Source: Oscillospiraceae bacterium (GTDB lineage: Bacteria > Bacillota > Clostridia > Oscillospirales > CAG-382). Taken from it: 64,000 nucleotides of DNA. The position numbers and the translations under genes are program-made. The stretch covers positions 42,255-106,254 of the forward strand of contig SVSD01000005.1 in the NCBI GenBank assembly GCA_015064485.1. The letters run 5' to 3'. Positions 20,010 to 29,942 of the stretch are shown here, one piece after another (the stretch's first letter is position 1; each line of letters opens with the position of its first letter). Below the pieces are notes generated by a model that made no database searches, was not told the DNA's origin, and saw nothing but the letters and a program-made list of their open reading frames with translations.

Positions 20010-21560
20010 TTATTCAATATATTCAAAAAAGATACTATATGTTGGAACTGATGATGAAATATCCGGAATTCTGTATTCCACATATATATTTTGTTTTCCG
20101 GAGTTGATAACTAATGTTTCAAGCGTTGTTTTATAAGATTTAAATCTGTTTACAACATTTAAACCATATTCTGATGCTTGTTTATCAGATATTGGGTCTA
20201 AAGGATCTGCTAACATTAATGTAGTTCCTGGCTGGCATTTTGTCCATTCTGTGTTAGGATTTACATAAAAAGCTCCTTCTAATGTGTAATAATCATTCAT
20301 CATTTTCCAAATTCTTTGACCGGTTTCACCTAAAAATTCATTTGACATTAAAAGTGAATTATGAACACCTGCATCAATACCGAAGCCATTAGTTAATTTT
20401 GATCCATATTGAAGATCATTAGAAATTGTGTTATGCATAAAATATTTTGAAAAATCGTATTTTGTGAAATATACATCAATTCCATAATATTTTTTATTGC
20501 CAATATAATTTATAGCTTCTTGATCATAATAAAGTTCATATAAAACTTGATATGGTGCATATTTAAGGTATATTGCATCATTAATTGTTGAATAAGTTGG
20601 ATTTAATCCAATACCACCATTATCATATTTTTCAACTTTTACTTCATCATGAACTTTATCTTCATAGAATTTTTTGAAAGTTTCAAGATTTTCTTCAGGT
20701 GTTTTATCATTAGAAAGATCGTACTCTTTTTCATCAGATTCGATGATATAATTGTTTTGGATAAACTTATATGGTACAAGGTTTACCATTTTACCATTTT
20801 CGTATTTTCCAATACTTGTATCAATAATAACAATATCTTCATATCCTTTTCTTGAAGGATAATCTTTATCATATACTGTTGTTATATCCGGATACTTTTC
20901 TTTATCATATTCGTAATCAAGTATAGGAGTATTATCTTCGTTTTCCTGTATATCAAAATCTATAGTTTGTCTTTCGATATACTTGTAATCAACTCTTCTG
21001 AGCTCGTCATTCCAGGAAACATCATATCCAAGTGCATATCCTACAAATCTTGCAGGGATAAATGTCCTTCCGTCTACAATTACAGCTGTGACATCCATTT
21101 CCCTTGCTTCTGAATATACAGCTGTTGATGAGAGAATCGGTCCTCCGGTATAATCAATTACTCTATCAAGACCAATTTTGATTTCGTTGTTACCGATTAT
21201 CAATTCTGCTACCATATTTACATTATTTGTCATACCTGTTCCATAAATAGGTTCAATTGTACCATCTTCTTTAACCCAGTTGTGAACAATTGTTTTGTAC
21301 GAAGCTTTTTGTGCAAACTTTTTAAGGGAAACTGTTTGTGTTTCCTGATTCCATAATACTTCTGCACCCATTGCTTCTGCAACAGCTCTTACTGGCACAA
21401 GAGTTCGTCCATTTTCAATAAATGGTTTAACATCCATGTTTTGAACAGCAACTCCATCAACATAAATTTCAATATTATTTGAATTGGCTGCAAGGACAGA
21501 TGGAACGGATGAAATAATCATAACGATAACGAAAATTAAACTAAAAATTTTCTTTTTCAT
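20010..21560 (-). CDS. Secreted protein with copper amine oxidase N-terminal (stalk) domain and unknown C-terminal region
   Basis: Signal peptide MKKKIFSL; PFIENGRTLVPVRAVAEAMGAEVLWN and GRTFIPARFV motifs; very AT-rich codon usage. Confidence 0.85.
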   Translation of the reverse strand: MKKKIFSLIFVIVMIISSVPSVLAANSNNIEIYVDGVAVQNMDVKPFIENGRTLVPVRAVAEAMGAEVLWNQETQTVSLKKFAQKASYKTIVHNWVKEDGTIEPIYGTGMTNNVNMVAELIIGNNEIKIGLDRVIDYTGGPILSSTAVYSEAREMDVTAVIVDGRTFIPARFVGYALGYDVSWNDELRRVDYKYIERQTIDFDIQENEDNTPILDYEYDKEKYPDITTVYDKDYPSRKGYEDIVIIDTSIGKYENGKMVNLVPYKFIQNNYIIESDEKEYDLSNDKTPEENLETFKKFYEDKVHDEVKVEKYDNGGIGLNPTYSTINDAIYLKYAPYQVLYELYYDQEAINYIGNKKYYGIDVYFTKYDFSKYFMHNTISNDLQYGSKLTNGFGIDAGVHNSLLMSNEFLGETGQRIWKMMNDYYTLEGAFYVNPNTEWTKCQPGTTLMLADPLDPISDKQASEYGLNVVNRFKSYKTTLETLVINSGKQNIYVEYRIPDISSSVPTYSIFFEYIE

Positions 21561-21806
21561 AAAAATCTTCCTTCCTGCCATTCGTTCAGCTTGCGCTTTT
21601 GCTTCGAAATCAAACGACACATATATTATACTACAATCAACTCACATAGTCAATGTTATATGCAAACAAATGAGTTTAACAACGGAACATTGATAATAGG
21701 CTTGACAATCTGACGAGGCTTTTCTCATTAATAGTTTCTACTAAATTATCATTTGTTAGGTAATAAGTAAAATCGACAAAATTCCAATTGGAACCTTGTC
21801 GATTTT

Positions 21807-21900
21807 TGGCGGAGAAGGGGAGATTTGAACTCCCGCGCCGGTTAAATCCGACCTACACCCTTAGCAGGGGCGCCTCTTCGGCCAACTTGAGTACTTCTCC
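21807..21900 (-). tRNA. tRNA-Ser (GCT)
   Basis: GGAGAAG acceptor stem, anticodon loop CT-GCT-AA, long variable arm, GTTCAAATC T loop, GCCA end. Confidence 0.95.
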
Positions 21901-21929
21901 GAATATAACGATATTTACTTAAAAAAGCC

Positions 21930-22018
21930 TGGCGGAGAGGAAGGGATTCGAACCCTTGTGCCCTCGCGGACAAACGGTTTTCAAGACCGCCTCGTTATGA
22001 CCACTTCGATACCTCTCC
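21930..22018 (-). tRNA. tRNA-Ser (TGA)
   Basis: GGAGAGG acceptor stem, anticodon loop CT-TGA-AA, long variable arm, GTTCGAATC, GCCA end. Confidence 0.95.
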
Positions 22019-22048
22019 GTGTTTTCCGCTCTAACCACGGCAAGAGAT

Positions 22049-22077
22049 ATCATAACACATTTTAAGTCGGTTGTCAA
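22049..22077 (-). promoter_or_regulatory. sigmaA promoter of the tRNA-Ser pair
   Basis: TTGACA-17 bp-TATGAT with TG extension. Confidence 0.75.
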
Positions 22078-22365
22078 GTCTTTTTTTACATTTTCTTGAA
22101 AATAACAGCAGTTAAAAATATTCATACATTATCTTAACCACAGCTCATATTTTATTGACTTTTCAAACTCAATATAGTATAATTAATATATCATATAATG
22201 TATATGAGTTTATGCAATTTAACAGTATTGAGCCTGTACATATATACATATTTTACAAAAATATTTTGAACTATTGACAGCATAGGATAATTATAGTAGA
22301 ATATATAAGATATGAATAGTATGTACTCAGATTCAATTCACTTATTTCACGGAGGAACTTCAAAA

Positions 22366-24891
22366 ATGAAAATGAAAAGGCTTTTAGGCGGATTTCTTGC
22401 CCTTTGTATGACTCTCCCTCTCGCTTTGACAGGATGTCAGAAAGAGGCTGATGACCTTGATTCCAACACAAGTATTCGCCGCAATGTAGTTCTTAACATG
22501 TACATTCTTACCGACAAGGAGACTAAGCCCGAACAGGCTGAAGCCGTTGAACTTGCGCTCAACGAAATTCTCCTTCCCGATTACAGAACTGTTGTAAAGC
22601 TCAACTACATAACTTCCGACGGTGCTGACGAAGCTTTATATTGGGACACAATCGACGCTGTCGAAGAAGAAGCTGTTGCATATATCGAAAAGCTCGAAGC
22701 TGAAGCTGAAGCTAAAAAGCAGGCTGAAAAAGAAGCTAACAAAAACAAGAATTCATCTGAGAATAAAAAATCAGACGAAGAAGCTTCCCAGGAAGATCTT
22801 AAAAAGATCGTTGAAAGCGAATATGACCGTCTTGTAAATATGATTTACGGCAAGCCTGATACTGATCCCGATCCCGATGTTGACAACTCCGTAACTCCCG
22901 GCATCGTTCTTGAAGATCCTCAGCTTGATATTTTCGTTGTAAATAACCCCGAAAAATACAGAGAACTTATTGATGCAGGAAGACTCGCTCCGCTTGATAT
23001 GTATTTCAATACAACAGCAAAAGTTCTTAAGTCTTATATGCATCCCGCCTTCCTTGAAGCTGCGAAGCTCGGCGGAAATATCACATACGGTATACCTACA
23101 AACAAAGCTATAGGACAGTATGAATATATCGTATTTAACAAGGCTCTTCTTGACAAATACGGTTATTCTGCCGAAAATATGACAACTCTTGATGACCTTC
23201 GCCCCTACCTTGCAACTATCAAGGCAAACGAACCCGGTGTTGTTCCTCTTGCACTCAGCGAAGGAGTAGGCCCTCAGTTCTTTGATTATCTCGGCGAAGA
23301 CGGAAATGCTCTCGGTACATATTACGACACAAACGGACATACAGTATTCCTTAAGTCTGCATACGATCCCAAGGTTACTGTTGTAAAAGATCACTTTAAC
23401 AAAGTCCGTGAATACAGACTTGCAGGTTATATCCCCGCAACTTATACAGAAGGAACTCCTTTTGCAGTTGATATCCGCAAGGGATACGCTTACTCCCCTG
23501 CTCAGTGGTCCGAAGCAGATGGCGTTGAATATGATTACAGCATATACAAGATGCCGATAGCTGAAAACGAAAACACTCTTGACTCCGTATTCGTTGTAAG
23601 CTCTGCATCAAGAAACCCCGACAGAGCCGCTGAAATAATTACACTTTTCAGCACAAACCCCGTTCTTGCAAATATGCTCCAGTACGGTATTGAAGAAGTT
23701 AACTATTATGAAATCGACGATAACGGTGAAAAGAAAGTTAAGCTTCCCGACAGCAATGCCGGTGCCGGATATTATATGAATAACGATTACACAGGCAATC
23801 ACTATATCAAGATGCCTCTTCTCGGCGAAGACAATCATATTGATGATTATATAAAGCAGAACAATGATTCTGTTTACAGCCTGGCTTTCGCATACCAGCC
23901 TACCCTTTGGCTCAGAAAAGAAGTTCTTGTCGCACAGGCAAACAATATTTCTCAGCAGTATTACGCAGGACTTTCAAGAGGCGATTATGATGTAAATTCA
24001 GTATTCGCACAAATCAATGCGCAACTTTCCCAAATCCAAAATGTGGACGAAGCGGATATTCTTGCTTGGCTCGAAGAAAATCCCGGTAGAATGAGCAAGT
24101 ACAATGCAGAAATAAAGGCAGCAACACTTCTTAAAGATGAAGCAAAAGAAGCTGTAGAAACAGCAAAGAAAGCTCTTGAAACAGTTACTGCAAACGCAGA
24201 AAACTTTAATGCGGCAAAAAAAGAGGCCGACAAGAAAAACAGAGAATACACAGATGCAGAAGCGGCAGTCACAAAGGCAAAGGACGCCTATAACAAGGCA
24301 GACAGCGGCAAGGAAGCTTTGAAGGAAGCATATAACGAAGCAAAAGCGGCTTCTACAGAAGCTAAAAAGGCGGCTCAGGCAGCGACCAAGGCTTACGAAG
24401 ATATGATAACTTCTACAAAGAGAGCTGTTGATGATGCAAAAGCGGCGGCTAAGAAAGCTGCAGAAAATGCAGAAACAATAGTTATATATGCTACAGATAC
24501 CCTTCCCGCAGAAACTGAAATGTATGCTGTAGAAGCTGCAAATCTTGCTGCTGAAGTTGAGCAAAAAGCTACAAAGGTTCTCGGCAAGGATGAAGAACAG
24601 GCATCCGAAGAAACATCGGTTACTCCCCCCGTTCGTGAAGATACAACAGTTGCCGGAAATGCTTTCGAAGAGATAGTTAAATATCTTGACGATGATTACT
24701 ACACAAACTTCTTTGCAGCAAGAGAAGCAACAGAAAGTTACTCTGCGGCAGTAGAATATTTTGATATCCGCAACAAGCACATCATCGAAAAGAACGAGGT
24801 TGTTGACCAGAACAAGATGCTTGTCGGCGATACTGAAAATGTAACGGTAGATATTCCCACAGTGTCTATTGACGGTACAATAATAAGTTAA
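22366..24891 (+). CDS. Solute-binding lipoprotein (carbohydrate ABC type) with Ala/Lys-rich coiled-coil extension
   Basis: Lipobox LTGC; YGIP...FNKALLDKYG and SRNPDRAAEII...LQYGIEEVNY solute-binding protein motifs; GGAGG RBS. Confidence 0.75.
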   Translation: MKMKRLLGGFLALCMTLPLALTGCQKEADDLDSNTSIRRNVVLNMYILTDKETKPEQAEAVELALNEILLPDYRTVVKLNYITSDGADEALYWDTIDAVEEEAVAYIEKLEAEAEAKKQAEKEANKNKNSSENKKSDEEASQEDLKKIVESEYDRLVNMIYGKPDTDPDPDVDNSVTPGIVLEDPQLDIFVVNNPEKYRELIDAGRLAPLDMYFNTTAKVLKSYMHPAFLEAAKLGGNITYGIPTNKAIGQYEYIVFNKALLDKYGYSAENMTTLDDLRPYLATIKANEPGVVPLALSEGVGPQFFDYLGEDGNALGTYYDTNGHTVFLKSAYDPKVTVVKDHFNKVREYRLAGYIPATYTEGTPFAVDIRKGYAYSPAQWSEADGVEYDYSIYKMPIAENENTLDSVFVVSSASRNPDRAAEIITLFSTNPVLANMLQYGIEEVNYYEIDDNGEKKVKLPDSNAGAGYYMNNDYTGNHYIKMPLLGEDNHIDDYIKQNNDSVYSLAFAYQPTLWLRKEVLVAQANNISQQYYAGLSRGDYDVNSVFAQINAQLSQIQNVDEADILAWLEENPGRMSKYNAEIKAATLLKDEAKEAVETAKKALETVTANAENFNAAKKEADKKNREYTDAEAAVTKAKDAYNKADSGKEALKEAYNEAKAASTEAKKAAQAATKAYEDMITSTKRAVDDAKAAAKKAAENAETIVIYATDTLPAETEMYAVEAANLAAEVEQKATKVLGKDEEQASEETSVTPPVREDTTVAGNAFEEIVKYLDDDYYTNFFAAREATESYSAAVEYFDIRNKHIIEKNEVVDQNKMLVGDTENVTVDIPTVSIDGTIIS

Positions 24892-25085
24892 AATAAACAC
24901 TACAAACACAGACAGTCATAATTTGGCAGTCTGTGTTTTTTTATATAAATTTATATAAAACTGTTAAAACTGCCAAACAGTTTGCAATAATAATACAAAT
25001 CGCTTTGATAAAATTCATAATTCCCCCTTGCATTATCTATATATAAATGTTATAATATAATGATAATAAATATAATGAGGTAATT

Positions 25086-25859
25086 ATGAGAATCGTAATA
25101 AAAGTAGGCACTTCTACCCTTGCACACAAAACAGGTAGATTGAACATCAGACGAATAGAAGATTTGTGCAAGGTATTGAGTGATTTAAAAAATGCCGGAA
25201 ATGAGATAATTCTTGTTTCATCAGGCGCAATCGGAATGGGTGTCGGGAAATTAAGTCTTGATAAGCGTCCTGACGATATTCCTACAAAGCAGGCAGCGGC
25301 TGCTGTCGGACAGTGTGAACTTATGTATACCTACGACAAACTTTTCACAGAATACAATCACAATGTTGCACAGATACTCATAACAGCCCCGGATATCGAA
25401 AGCGAAACAAGAAAGAAAAATTTCCACAACACACTTGAGCGTCTCCTTGAGCTCGGTACTTTGCCGATCATAAACGAAAATGACACAGTCTCGACCGAAG
25501 AAATTGAAATCGGCGATAATGATACTCTTTCGGCTATAGTTACAGCAAATATCGGCGCCGATCTTTTGATCCTTCTGTCTGATATCGACGGTCTTTATGA
25601 TAAAGACCCCCATAAAAATAATGACGCAGTTTTGATAAGCCGCGTTGATGAAATCAATGATAAAATACTTGCTCTTGCCGGCGGAAAAGGCTCAACGCTC
25701 GGAACCGGCGGTATGGTTACAAAGCTTACGGCGGCTCAGATTGCAACCGAAGCCGGTTGCGATATGATAATTGCAAACGGTGCTGATCCTCATTTGCTTT
25801 ACGATATTGTCGACGGCAAAAATATCGGCACAAGATTTATTAAAAGGAACATTAAATGA
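25086..25859 (+). CDS. proB: Glutamate 5-kinase
   Basis: VIKVGTS, VSSGAI, INEND, GDNDTLSA, GTGGMVTK. Confidence 0.96.
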   Translation: MRIVIKVGTSTLAHKTGRLNIRRIEDLCKVLSDLKNAGNEIILVSSGAIGMGVGKLSLDKRPDDIPTKQAAAAVGQCELMYTYDKLFTEYNHNVAQILITAPDIESETRKKNFHNTLERLLELGTLPIINENDTVSTEEIEIGDNDTLSAIVTANIGADLLILLSDIDGLYDKDPHKNNDAVLISRVDEINDKILALAGGKGSTLGTGGMVTKLTAAQIATEAGCDMIIANGADPHLLYDIVDGKNIGTRFIKRNIK

Positions 25860-27112
25860 ACACTCTCGAACTTATAAAGTTAACAAAAAGCAAAGCTCAT
25901 ATTGCAGCATCTCTTTCGGAAAATGAAAAAAACGAGCTTATTCTTTCAATGGCGCAAAGCCTTATTAATTCAAAAAATGAGATTCTAAAGGCAAACTCTG
26001 TTGATCTTGAAAATGTCAAAGGCTCAATTTCAGATGTAATGACCGACAGGCTTCTGCTTAACGAACAAAGAATCGAAGCTATGGCAAACGGTATGAAAGA
26101 TATCGCAAACCTTCACTGCACAGTTGGAGAAGACATTACGGAAACCGTTCGCCCGAATGGGCTTGTTATAAAAAAACGAAGAGTACCGTTAGGACTTATT
26201 TCTATAATTTACGAAAGCCGGCCGAATGTAACATCAGACGCAGCGTGTCTCTCGATAAAAAGCGGAAATGCCTGTCTTCTTCGCTGCGGAAAAGAAGCTT
26301 ATAACTCCTGTAAAGCTATTGTAGATGCACTCAAACAAGGTATCAAAAATGTAGGTGCGGACGATAATATTCTTAATCTCGTTTCAGAGCCGGGCCGCGA
26401 AAGCGCAAATATCCTTATGACAGCAACCGGTCTTGTAGATTTACTTATCCCCAGAGGCGGCAAAGGTCTTATTGACGCTTGTGTTAAAAATGCTACTGTT
26501 CCCTGTATTCAAACCGGAACAGGCATATGCCACATTTATGTGGATTCCGAAGCAGATCTTGATATGGCGCTTAACATAATAAATAATGCAAAAACAAGCC
26601 GTCCTTCGGTTTGCAATGCGCAAGAAGTACTTTTGGTACACGAAAATATTGCTGAAGCTTTTCTTCCCCGTTTAAAAGAGTTGCTTGTTGACATACGAAA
26701 CGCTGACGGAAAAATCCCGGTCGAACTTCGTCTTTGCGAAAAATCAGCTTCTCTTATAACCGGCACTCCGGCAGGAGAAAATGATTTTGATACCGAATTT
26801 TTAGACTATATTTTAGCTGTTAAAATCGTAAGCGGAGTGGACGAAGCTATATCTCACATCCTTACACATTCCACAGGTCACAGCGAAGCTATCATTACAA
26901 ATAACAAAGCAAATGCAGATACATTTGTTTCAAAAACAGACAGTGCGGCAGTTTATGTAAATGCTTCAACAAGATTCACCGACGGAGGTGAATTCGGTCT
27001 TGGATGCGAGATGGGTATATCTACTCAAAAGCTTCATGCAAGAGGGCCTATGGGTCTTGAAGAACTTACAACTTACAAATACATTATAGAAGGCGGCGGA
27101 CAGATACGCTGA
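25856..27112 (+). CDS. proA: Gamma-glutamyl phosphate reductase
   Basis: IYESRPNVT, IPRGG, RPSVCNA, NASTRFTDG, STQKLHARGPMGL. Confidence 0.96.
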   Translation: MNTLELIKLTKSKAHIAASLSENEKNELILSMAQSLINSKNEILKANSVDLENVKGSISDVMTDRLLLNEQRIEAMANGMKDIANLHCTVGEDITETVRPNGLVIKKRRVPLGLISIIYESRPNVTSDAACLSIKSGNACLLRCGKEAYNSCKAIVDALKQGIKNVGADDNILNLVSEPGRESANILMTATGLVDLLIPRGGKGLIDACVKNATVPCIQTGTGICHIYVDSEADLDMALNIINNAKTSRPSVCNAQEVLLVHENIAEAFLPRLKELLVDIRNADGKIPVELRLCEKSASLITGTPAGENDFDTEFLDYILAVKIVSGVDEAISHILTHSTGHSEAIITNNKANADTFVSKTDSAAVYVNASTRFTDGGEFGLGCEMGISTQKLHARGPMGLEELTTYKYIIEGGGQIR

Positions 27113-27129
27113 CCTTTAAAAGGAGTATT

Positions 27130-27936
27130 ATGAAAAAATATATCGCCGGTTTTATCGGCGCCGGCAATATGGGCGGAATTTTTGCAAAAGCAGCAGCTGT
27201 AAAATGCTCAGGCACAAAGGTTGCAGTTTCCTGTTCATCAGAAAAGTCAACCCTTGAAGCCGCCGAAAAGTACGGTTGCACAGCTTCAACATCCGAAGAA
27301 ATTGCAAAAAGCAGCCACTTCGTATTCTTAGGAATTAAGCCTCAGATTTCAAACGAAGTGCTCGGTAGAATCAAGTCGATACTTTCAGCTCAGAATGATG
27401 TTATTGCCGTATCAATGATGGCGGGAATCGATCTTTCTTCACTAAAGCAGATGTGCGGACTTGATAAGGTAATAAGAATAATGCCAAACACTCCCTGTTC
27501 TGTCGGCAAAGGAATGACGCAAGTCTGCCATACCGACGCAGTTTCAAGCGAAGAACTTAGGCAGTTCTGCGATCTTATTTCTTCGACCGGTCGAATAGAT
27601 ATTGTTGAAGAAAAATATATAGACTGTGCGTGCGCAGTTTCGGGTTGCGGACCCGCATTTGCTTACATCTTCATCGAAGCTCTTTCTGACGGTGCGGTAA
27701 AATGCGGTCTTCCCAGAAACAAAGCATACGAATACGCATCACAAATGCTCATCGGTGCCGCAAGTCTTGCTCTTGAAAGCGGTAAAAACCCCGGAGAACT
27801 AAAAGATGCTGTTTGCAGCCCCGGCGGAAGTACGATTGCCGGTGTTTCAGCTCTTGAAAAAGGCAATTTCAGAGCAAGCGTTATTGACGCTGTCTGCAGT
27901 TCCTTTGAAAAAACAAAAGAACTTGGCAAAAAATAA
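27130..27936 (+). CDS. proC: Pyrroline-5-carboxylate reductase
   Basis: GAGNMG, RIMPNTP, SGCGPAF, VCSPGGSTI. Confidence 0.95.
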   Translation: MKKYIAGFIGAGNMGGIFAKAAAVKCSGTKVAVSCSSEKSTLEAAEKYGCTASTSEEIAKSSHFVFLGIKPQISNEVLGRIKSILSAQNDVIAVSMMAGIDLSSLKQMCGLDKVIRIMPNTPCSVGKGMTQVCHTDAVSSEELRQFCDLISSTGRIDIVEEKYIDCACAVSGCGPAFAYIFIEALSDGAVKCGLPRNKAYEYASQMLIGAASLALESGKNPGELKDAVCSPGGSTIAGVSALEKGNFRASVIDAVCSSFEKTKELGKK

Positions 27937-27998
27937 ATTTCCCTGAACCTTAAATAAAAAATATATGCTGTTAGCATATAGGATTTGGAGATATTTAA

Positions 27999-29903
27999 AT
28001 GAAAAAAAGAAGATTGCTACTGTTTTGTATTGATACTGCATTTTATCTTGCAATATGTTTTGTTATGATGTTTATTCTTTTTGGATCAAACTATTCAAAC
28101 GAAACCAAATTGTGGGAAAAGTTTCTGCATATCGCTTTAGGCTTTACTTGCCTTTTGATATCGAGATTATCTTTTGCCGCATACAACCGTGTATGGCGAT
28201 TTGCAGGTTATAATGATTATTTCAGGCTGCTTTTTTCTGACGCTGTTGCGGGAGTAGCATATGCATTCATTAACAGAGTTGTTTTTCTCAACCCATATTT
28301 CATCGAACTTTTAGGAAGAAATGTAGCTCTGACTTTCTTGCAGGTACTCTCAATATTTGCTTGTAATTGCGTTGTATGCCTTGCCGCAAGATTTTTGTAT
28401 CAGCATTACCGCAACAAAACTAAAGAAAATATAATTGCCAGCAAAATAAATATTGCAATTGTTGGCGCCGGCAGTGTTGGTGTTTCTCTTGCAAAAGACC
28501 TGAAAGCAAACAGATACTCAAAATATAATCCCATATACTTTATCGATAAAGATAAAGACAAGTCAGGAAATGCGATATTGGAAATCCCGGTAATCAGAGA
28601 AGACAATTCTATAATCGAAAGAATAAAGGAGCTTCCCATACAGGAAATCGTAATTGCGCTTCCAAGACTTTCTCCCGAAGAAAAGGCGCAAAAATACGCC
28701 TTGTATCAGGAAACAGGCCTTACAGTTAAGCTTTACGATTATCCTCTTGATTACACATCCGGAGACAAAAGAACACTCAGAGAAGTTAAAATCGAGGACC
28801 TTCTTTTCCGCAGTTCTGTTGAATTTGAAAGCTCAAAGGCAAAGTTCTTTTATGCCGGCAAAACCGTTATGATAACAGGAGGCGGAGGCTCTATCGGAAG
28901 CGAGCTTTGCCGTCAGATAGCAAGAGTTTCTCCCAAAAAACTCATTGTACTCGATATTTATGAAAACAACGCATATGATATCCAGCAGACCCTCAAACGA
29001 AACTTTGGCGATACGCTTGACCTTGTAATTGAAATAGCATCAATCAGAGATGCCGAAAAAATTGATGAATTATTTGCAAAACACCGTCCTGACATTGTTT
29101 TACATGCCGCAGCTCACAAGCATGTCCCCCTTATGGAAGATTGCCCCAGCGAAGCTGTCAAAAACAATGTATTCGGAACATATAACCTTGTTGAAGCAGC
29201 CGAAAAATACGGTGTTAAAAAGTTTATTATGATTTCCACAGACAAAGCCGTAAATCCTACAAATGTTATGGGTGCAACAAAGCGTATGTGCGAAATGATA
29301 ATTCAATCAAAGAAAAACAGCACAACCGATTTTGTTGCTGTAAGATTCGGAAATGTTCTTGGTTCAAACGGTTCTGTTATTCCCCTTTTCCGCAAACAGA
29401 TTGAAAGCGGCGGGCCTGTTACCATTACTGACAAACGAATTATCCGATACTTTATGACTATTCCTGAAGCGGCACAGCTTGTACTTGAAGCAGGAGCTAT
29501 GGCTGCGAAAGCTGAAATTTATGTTCTTGATATGGGAAAACCCGTAAAAATCATCGATCTTGCAGAAAATATGATAAGACTTTCGGGATTTACCCCTTAT
29601 GTTGACATAGACATTCATGTTATCGGATTAAGACCCGGCGAAAAGCTTTATGAAGAGCTTCTTATCAAAACCGAAGAACTTGATAAAACCGAAAATTCAC
29701 TCATCTTCATTGAAAGAGATAAGAATATTACAGCTGAAGAATTGCAAGACAAGCTTGATATGCTTTGTGATGCACTTGAAACAACAGATAATGCTGTAAT
29801 TAAAAACACTCTTAAAAAGGTTGTACCAACCTATCTTAATGCCGACGAAGTAAATAAAGTTGCTGACATTTCTCAGGAAATGATGATTGCAGAAAAAAAT
29901 TAG
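27999..29903 (+). CDS. CapD/PglF-like nucleoside-diphosphate sugar 4,6-dehydratase
   Basis: N-terminal TMs, TGGGGSIGSE, HAAAHKHVP, STDKAVNP, RFGNVLGS, GLRPGEKLYEE. Confidence 0.93.
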   Translation: MKKRRLLLFCIDTAFYLAICFVMMFILFGSNYSNETKLWEKFLHIALGFTCLLISRLSFAAYNRVWRFAGYNDYFRLLFSDAVAGVAYAFINRVVFLNPYFIELLGRNVALTFLQVLSIFACNCVVCLAARFLYQHYRNKTKENIIASKINIAIVGAGSVGVSLAKDLKANRYSKYNPIYFIDKDKDKSGNAILEIPVIREDNSIIERIKELPIQEIVIALPRLSPEEKAQKYALYQETGLTVKLYDYPLDYTSGDKRTLREVKIEDLLFRSSVEFESSKAKFFYAGKTVMITGGGGSIGSELCRQIARVSPKKLIVLDIYENNAYDIQQTLKRNFGDTLDLVIEIASIRDAEKIDELFAKHRPDIVLHAAAHKHVPLMEDCPSEAVKNNVFGTYNLVEAAEKYGVKKFIMISTDKAVNPTNVMGATKRMCEMIIQSKKNSTTDFVAVRFGNVLGSNGSVIPLFRKQIESGGPVTITDKRIIRYFMTIPEAAQLVLEAGAMAAKAEIYVLDMGKPVKIIDLAENMIRLSGFTPYVDIDIHVIGLRPGEKLYEELLIKTEELDKTENSLIFIERDKNITAEELQDKLDMLCDALETTDNAVIKNTLKKVVPTYLNADEVNKVADISQEMMIAEKN

Positions 29904-29942
29904 GATTATACACTTTAGCGTATTGCGAAACGGAGACACATT

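Noticed and set aside
21919-22125. 68-aa ORF
   Set aside because: Overlaps tRNA-Ser(TGA) and its promoter
23998-24909. 303-aa minus-strand ORF
   Set aside because: Antisense shadow of the Ala/Lys-rich part of the lipoprotein gene
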